From Candidatus Woesearchaeota archaeon (GTDB lineage Archaea > Nanobdellota > Nanobdellia > Woesearchaeales > GW2011-AR15): a stretch of DNA of 43,155 nt. Made by a program: the position numbers and the translations under genes. The stretch spans positions 1 through 43,155 of the forward strand of contig JAVZBY010000009.1 in the NCBI GenBank assembly GCA_038874655.1, written 5' to 3'. The notes under the pieces were generated by a model. That model did not search any database and was not told the DNA's origin. It saw nothing but the letters and a program-made list of their open reading frames with translations. This document shows positions 37,713 to 43,155 of this stretch, one piece after another. Numbering within the stretch: position 1 is the stretch's first letter; the number at the start of each line of letters is the position of its first letter.

Positions 37713-38714
37713 ATGAGTAATATTTCAAAGGATTCAAAAAATAGTTTCATGATTATATTAAATTTTTTTTTTATGATTTTTATATTTTTATTAATATTGA
37801 GAAGTGTAAATCCTATAGAAGATGCTAAAATTTATTCAATTTCTGCAACATATAAAATTAATGTAAATAATTCTGTGGAAGAATCTATAAACTACACATT
37901 AAGCTCTTCTATTAATAAAAGTTTAATCAAGATTTCCAAAGAATTTAGTGATTTAAGTATTAATGATGGAGTTAATGAATTAAACTACACTATAATCCCA
38001 AGTGAAAAATATAATATTATTAATCTTACTTTAAATAATACTGTAAAGCTCAATTTAAAATATGTTGCTTTAAATGAGATATTTCAAAAGAATAATGTTA
38101 ATTTATTTTACACTAATTTTGATTTTAAAGAGCCTATAACAAAAGTGGATATTAAATTTATACTCCCAAAGGGTTATTCAATATATAAAGAAGAATATTC
38201 TCCAAAAGATGCTAATATTGTTAGCGATGGTAATAACATTTTAATAATATGGACAAAAGGTGCTTATAAAAGTATGACTTATTCCGTTAGTTATTATAAT
38301 CCGTTTTTGGAAGAAAATTTAAATAATTCTACAACTGAACAAAATAATCAAGAAGAATTATCAGAGATAGTTAAAATTTTTAATTTTATAAAAAACAATA
38401 TTAGAAAATTGATAATTTTCATTTTAGGATTGCCCCTATTTTTTATTTTATTTATATTGTCAATAACTCTTTTTATTATTAAAAAATTTAAGAAAAATAC
38501 TAATGAATTACTTTTAAAAGGATTTATGGAAGATGAGCAGAGAGCAATTTTATATTTACAAAAAAATAGGGTTGTATGGCAAAATAAACTGAGAAAGGAT
38601 TTAAACTTAAGTAGAGTAAAAACAACTAGAATAATAAAAAAATTAGAAGCTCAAGGTTTAATTAGAAAAGAAGATTTTGGAAAAACTAACAAGATTTTCT
38701 GGAATAGCAAATAG
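37713..38714 (+). CDS. Membrane-anchored protein with an extracellular domain and C-terminal wHTH (COG2512-like)
   Basis: Signal, LP.GY beta domain, TM, then EDEQ..Q..LR..L..S..K..R....LE..GLI.KE..GKTNKI. Confidence 0.8.
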   Translation: MSNISKDSKNSFMIILNFFFMIFIFLLILRSVNPIEDAKIYSISATYKINVNNSVEESINYTLSSSINKSLIKISKEFSDLSINDGVNELNYTIIPSEKYNIINLTLNNTVKLNLKYVALNEIFQKNNVNLFYTNFDFKEPITKVDIKFILPKGYSIYKEEYSPKDANIVSDGNNILIIWTKGAYKSMTYSVSYYNPFLEENLNNSTTEQNNQEELSEIVKIFNFIKNNIRKLIIFILGLPLFFILFILSITLFIIKKFKKNTNELLLKGFMEDEQRAILYLQKNRVVWQNKLRKDLNLSRVKTTRIIKKLEAQGLIRKEDFGKTNKIFWNSK

Positions 38715-38801
38715 TTAAAAGAAATATTTTTTATTATTGTTTCTTATTGTTTCAGTAAAAAAATATCTATTTGCAACAATTTCTTGTTATAGGTGATATT
38801 C

Positions 38802-38942
38802 ATGAATAAATTAAAACTACTTGTAAAAAAATTAAAAAATAGTTTATTAAAAAATGAAGAAATTGATGCTATAACAATTATTGAATTAGAAGAATTAGGT
38901 TTTAAAATTTATCCGCCAACACAATACCCTGAAAAAAACTAA
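38802..38942 (+). CDS. 46-aa small ORF or gene fragment
   Basis: Strong SD AGGTGA upstream of ATG; MNKLKLLVKK...LEELGFKIYPPTQYPEKN. Confidence 0.4.
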   Translation: MNKLKLLVKKLKNSLLKNEEIDAITIIELEELGFKIYPPTQYPEKN

Positions 38943-39095
38943 ATATTAAAAGATATTAAAAACTGAAATATGACATTTTTTTGATAAGAATGGTTTTATA
39001 AGAGTAGTAGTTTTATAAGAATAGTTTTTGGTATTTTATATTTATGTAATCTAAAATAGTTAATATTTTATAAGAAAAATTTTTCTTTTAGTTAG

Positions 39096-40724
39096 ATGAG
39101 TGAAATTGAGGATATTAGTGATAATGCAACTATTAACTTAGTTTTAGACACATTGAAAAAAAATAAACAAGCATTAGTTTTTTGCAATACTAGGAAAAGC
39201 GCAGAAGCCACTGCTGAAAAGATTTCTAAATATATAAAAAATTTTGATAAAAATTTAGAAAATGAATGGCTTAATATAAGTGAATCTGCATTAAATGTTT
39301 TAAGCACACCTACAAAACAATGCCAAAGATTAGCTTTATGCTTAAAGAAAGGAATTGCTTTTCACCATGCTGGATTACATTCTGAACAAAGAGCAATAGT
39401 TGAAAATAATTTTAGAAAAGGATTAATTAAAGTAATATGTGCTACACCAACTTTAGCTTATGGCTTAAATTTACCTGCGTTTAGAGCAATTATTAAAGAT
39501 TTAAAGAGGTATGGTGGTAAATGGGGAATGGAATGGATCCCAACTTTAGAGTATCACCAAATGGCAGGAAGAGCAGGAAGACCAGATTTTAATGATAAGT
39601 ATGGTGAAGCTATATGTATAGCTAATAATGAAAAAGAGATTGATGAAATCTTAAACAGGTTTATTAATGCACCACCTGAAAAAATTTATTCTAAGTTAGC
39701 TGTTGAACCAGTTTTGAGAACTTATTGTTTAAGTTTAATTGCTACAGATTATTGCAAAACTAAAGAAGATTTAATTAATTTTTTTGAAAAAACTTTTTAT
39801 GGAAAACAATATGGAGATATGGAAAGATTAGCTAAAATAATTGATAAAATTTTAAATTATTTAGAAGAATGGGAATTTATTATACTTCCTGATAAAAATA
39901 ATGATTATGAATTGTCTAAAAAAGCAAGTAATTTAATTAGAGAAAGTGAGTTTATATCTGCTAATGATATTTTAAAAAATGAATATAATAATAAGGAAAT
40001 AATTAAAATAACTAAGTTAGGACAAAGAGTTTCAGAACTTTATATAGATCCTTATACTGCAAATTTTATAATAACTTCTCTGAGAAGAGCAACAGGATTA
40101 AAAGTAAATGAATACTCTTTTATTCAAATGATTTCTTCTACTTTAGAATTAAGACCCTTACCTAGTTTAAGAATGTCCGAGATAGAGGAGATTGAAAGTA
40201 AAATTGATGACTTAAATCTGATTATAAATAAACCTGATTATTTTGATGCTGATTATGATGAGTTTTTAAAATCTATGAAATTAACTTATGCATTAATTGA
40301 TTGGATGGAAGAAAAGACAGAAGATGATATATTAAACAAATATAATATTGCTCCTGGAGAATTAAATGTAAAAAAAGAATTAGCAGATTGGATATTATTT
40401 TCAACAGAGGAGTTATGTCATTTACTAGGTTTTATGGATATATTAAAAATAATAAAAAAAGCTAGATATAGGCTAGATAAAGGTATAAAAGAAGAATTAA
40501 TACCTTTAACAAGATTAACAGGAATTGGTAGAGTTAGAGCAAGAATATTATTTAAAAACGGAATTAAAGATATTGGAGATATTAAAAAAACAGACTTAAA
40601 TATTTTAACTCAATTAGTTGGAAAAAAGATTGCTGAAAATTTGAAAAATGAAACAGGAGACTTAAAAGAACCTATATCTGAAAGCAAAAGAAAAGGACAA
40701 CTAAGTTTAGGAAAGTTTGATTAA
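39096..40724 (+). CDS. hel308: Hel308/Ski2-like helicase lacking the N-terminal RecA1 domain
   Basis: LVFCNTRK, AFHHAGL, ATPTLAYGLNLPA, QMAGRAGR, GIGRVRAR, C-terminal QLSLGKF; no Walker A or DExH. Confidence 0.88.
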   Translation: MSEIEDISDNATINLVLDTLKKNKQALVFCNTRKSAEATAEKISKYIKNFDKNLENEWLNISESALNVLSTPTKQCQRLALCLKKGIAFHHAGLHSEQRAIVENNFRKGLIKVICATPTLAYGLNLPAFRAIIKDLKRYGGKWGMEWIPTLEYHQMAGRAGRPDFNDKYGEAICIANNEKEIDEILNRFINAPPEKIYSKLAVEPVLRTYCLSLIATDYCKTKEDLINFFEKTFYGKQYGDMERLAKIIDKILNYLEEWEFIILPDKNNDYELSKKASNLIRESEFISANDILKNEYNNKEIIKITKLGQRVSELYIDPYTANFIITSLRRATGLKVNEYSFIQMISSTLELRPLPSLRMSEIEEIESKIDDLNLIINKPDYFDADYDEFLKSMKLTYALIDWMEEKTEDDILNKYNIAPGELNVKKELADWILFSTEELCHLLGFMDILKIIKKARYRLDKGIKEELIPLTRLTGIGRVRARILFKNGIKDIGDIKKTDLNILTQLVGKKIAENLKNETGDLKEPISESKRKGQLSLGKFD

Positions 40725-40768
40725 ATAAGTTAATTAGATTTTTATTTTTATTTTATTTGCTAATTATT

Positions 40769-42001
40769 ATGCAACCTGTTATTGTTGGCATTGATCCTGG
40801 AACAACTAGTGCTTTTGCTATTTTGAGTTTTGATTTTAAAGTATTAAAAGTAAAATCAAAGAAGAATTATTCTTTTCCTAGTTTAATATATGATATTTAT
40901 AAATTTGGACTTCCAATTATTGTTGCAACAGATAAAAAGGATATTCCTTCTTTTATAAAAGAATTTTCTCAAAAAACAGGGGCCAAGATTTATAATCCTA
41001 AATATGATACTAAAAAAGGTGAAAAACATTCTATTGTAAAAGAAAAAGGTTTTCTTGATTATTGTAAAAATACACATGAAACAGATGCTTTAGCAAGTGC
41101 CTTATTTGCTTATAGAGAATATTATCCAATAATAAGGAAAATAAAGAATTATGTAGAAGAAAATAAAAAACATAATTTAAAGGATTTGTTAATTATAAAA
41201 GTTTTAAATGAAGATAAAAATATAACAAAGGCTGTTAATGAATTAGAAAAAAAGACAGAAACAAAAAAAATTGAAGTAAAGAAAATAAAAGAAATTATAA
41301 ATAATGTATTGACAAAAGAAGAAAAAGAAGTATATTTACTTAAGAAAACAATTGACAAACTAAGATTTGAAATTGAAACATTGAAAAAGGAAAATAAAGT
41401 ATTAAAAGAAAAAAGAATTGACATAAATGAGGAAATAAAAAAAATAATTTCTTTTAAAGAAAAAAAAGCACTATCATTAATAAAAGAAAATAATTTTTTA
41501 AGAGAGAGAATTAAAGAAAAAAATATAAAAATTAGAGAGTTAAATGAATTTATATTAAAAACAAAAAATTCTGTTTTAGTAAAAAAATTGAAAAATTTAA
41601 GCAATGTTGAATATGAAAAGAAAAAAGATATTTTAAAAATTGAAAAAGATGATATTATTTTTATTGAAAATTTTGATTCCTTTAGTGAAAATGTTTTTAA
41701 TAATCTAAAAGAAAATATAAAATTTATATTATATAATAGTAAAAAAGTTAGTATAGAGAACGATTTAAAATATAATTTAAAAGATTCAAAAAATAATATT
41801 ATTGAAGTTTTAAAAAAATATTTTTTTTTAATAGATATTAATAAATTTACTTTTTATGAAAATGAGAATTTTGTATTAATAAATAAAGATGAATTTAAAA
41901 TAATATCAAAAAAATTAATAAATGAGACTAATAAAAATGATTTACTTAAAGAGATCATAGAAAATTATAAACAAGAAAGAAAAAAAGAGTTGTTTGAGTG
42001 A
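40769..42001 (+). CDS. DUF460 (COG2433) RNase H-fold/coiled-coil protein
   Basis: IVGIDPGTT, P.IVATD, HETDALASA, long coiled coil. Confidence 0.85.
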   Translation: MQPVIVGIDPGTTSAFAILSFDFKVLKVKSKKNYSFPSLIYDIYKFGLPIIVATDKKDIPSFIKEFSQKTGAKIYNPKYDTKKGEKHSIVKEKGFLDYCKNTHETDALASALFAYREYYPIIRKIKNYVEENKKHNLKDLLIIKVLNEDKNITKAVNELEKKTETKKIEVKKIKEIINNVLTKEEKEVYLLKKTIDKLRFEIETLKKENKVLKEKRIDINEEIKKIISFKEKKALSLIKENNFLRERIKEKNIKIRELNEFILKTKNSVLVKKLKNLSNVEYEKKKDILKIEKDDIIFIENFDSFSENVFNNLKENIKFILYNSKKVSIENDLKYNLKDSKNNIIEVLKKYFFLIDINKFTFYENENFVLINKDEFKIISKKLINETNKNDLLKEIIENYKQERKKELFE

Positions 42002-42038
42002 TAGGAAAATTATAAAATAAAATTATAAAAAGTATGTA

Positions 42039-43007
42039 TTAATTGAGTAAATAATAAATTCCCTCATCAAAAATAACTTTAACATTTTGTCCTAATTTAA
42101 ATTCATAAGTTTCTATGTTTCTTAGTGTGTTTTTCACTGGCACACTTTGATATGTTTCCAAATCCATTATTTCTAGGTTTGGATAAACTTTTGTTATTTT
42201 AGTTTTATTTTTAGGGATGATTTGTATTTCTCTTTTATCAATTTTTTCTAATGATTTCAGTGTTGTTTTTTTTCCTGTTTTTAAATCAATTGCATTTATT
42301 TCTTTTTGAACATTGGTTAAATAATAAAGATTATTCTCTATTTTTAAAACATCTCCTTTTTTATATTCTGGAGCTTCGTATAAAGCATTTACTCTATAGA
42401 TTTGCTTACTTGTTAATCTATCTTGTGTAAATTGTCTAACGCTGATTTTAAGTTTGCCACCAAAATTTTTTTTTAAGTTTTGTGCTAAATTTTGTAGTTT
42501 TTTTTGATCAGAAATATCTAAGTCATAACCTGTTTCATTTTTTCTTTTATTTGCTATTTTTAAATTATGGTTTTGAATATATTTTTCTATATAGTCTATA
42601 ATTTCATCATTACTATTTCTTATTTGTAAGGTGCCTTCATAATATTTACTATGAGTTTTTGAACATTTTTCACAATAAGTATAATAAATTTGGGCAGGTA
42701 TTAAAAATAAATTATTATTTTTTATTGCTTGAATTTCTATATTATATTTTAGTCCTGGTTTTTTTTGCTCTATCTTGTCAAAATCAATATTTGATAAATC
42801 AATTTCAACATTATCCTTTATTTTATCCTTTGCTATTTTTACTATTGCTTCATTTATTTCTAAAGAAATCCATTTATTGTTTTTAAAAAATTTGCCACAA
42901 TTTGCACATATTTTAATAATGATTTCCTTTGCTTTTATATCTTCTATAGGTTTACATTCCTCACAAAACCCATTTGATTTTTTTCCGCAGACAGGACAAA
43001 AGCTCAT
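42039..43007 (-). CDS. nmd3: Archaeal NMD3 ribosome biogenesis protein
   Basis: Four CxxC pairs, YYEGTLQIR, FGG, C-terminal MDLETYQ OB-like domain. Confidence 0.88.
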   Translation of the reverse strand: MSFCPVCGKKSNGFCEECKPIEDIKAKEIIIKICANCGKFFKNNKWISLEINEAIVKIAKDKIKDNVEIDLSNIDFDKIEQKKPGLKYNIEIQAIKNNNLFLIPAQIYYTYCEKCSKTHSKYYEGTLQIRNSNDEIIDYIEKYIQNHNLKIANKRKNETGYDLDISDQKKLQNLAQNLKKNFGGKLKISVRQFTQDRLTSKQIYRVNALYEAPEYKKGDVLKIENNLYYLTNVQKEINAIDLKTGKKTTLKSLEKIDKREIQIIPKNKTKITKVYPNLEIMDLETYQSVPVKNTLRNIETYEFKLGQNVKVIFDEGIYYLLN

Positions 43008-43091
43008 ATTAAAGAAAAAATTGTTTATATTTAATAAGTTTAATATTTTTATAACAAAATTTATTTAAATGAAAAGTGTTTCTTTTGAACT

Positions 43092-43155
43092 ATGCTATTC
43101 AGAACATTAGGAACTTTGGATTTCATAACTGTTTTAGTTTTAATAGGTGCAGCAA
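43092..43155 (+). CDS. 5' fragment of a membrane protein running off the window
   Basis: MLFRTLGTLDFITVLVLIGAA...; TTTAAAT box upstream. Confidence 0.5.
   Translation, partial: MLFRTLGTLDFITVLVLIGAA

Noticed and set aside
1640-43068. Many 60-150 aa antisense ORFs in the track (e.g. 6196-6504, 17646-17984, 21706-22050, 41149-41604)
   Set aside because: They lie opposite well-supported genes and have the Phe/Ile/Leu/Ser-rich composition expected of reverse-strand shadows
1-43155. CRISPR array, rRNA, transposase or integrase
   Set aside because: No regularly spaced repeat-spacer units, long GC-rich RNA gene or recognisable recombinase ORF was found by eye

Overview
Very AT-rich archaeal chromosome segment, most consistent with a DPANN (Woesearchaeota-like) genome; the lineage is inferred from gene content and signal-peptide style. 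Housekeeping genes include yggS, trpS, a CaCA antiporter, dCMP deaminase, RNase J, pgk, top6B/top6A, an Sfm1-like SPOUT methyltransferase, an RbgA-like GTPase, rlmH, Hel308, DUF460 and NMD3. There are six tRNA genes (Arg-TCT, Ser-CGA, Cys-GCA, Thr-TGT, Phe-GAA, Ile-GAT), five with introns at 37/38. A large surface/pilus locus (about 5.9-18.5 kb) has eight class III signal-peptide proteins. Most notable: (1) three tandem mini-pilins whose head is a six-Cys beta-defensin-like motif; (2) a pilin-like adhesin with a ZU5-like HFS (possible autoproteolysis) domain and an apparent ATT start; (3) all five tRNA introns have a broken bulge-helix-bulge helix but keep a eukaryote-style C32:G(-3) pair; (4) two short hairpin inserts, each flanked by an exact duplication of a host gene 3' end; (5) an intact Hel308 ORF lacking its whole first RecA domain, possibly a split gene. 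No CRISPR array, rRNA, transposase or integrase was seen.
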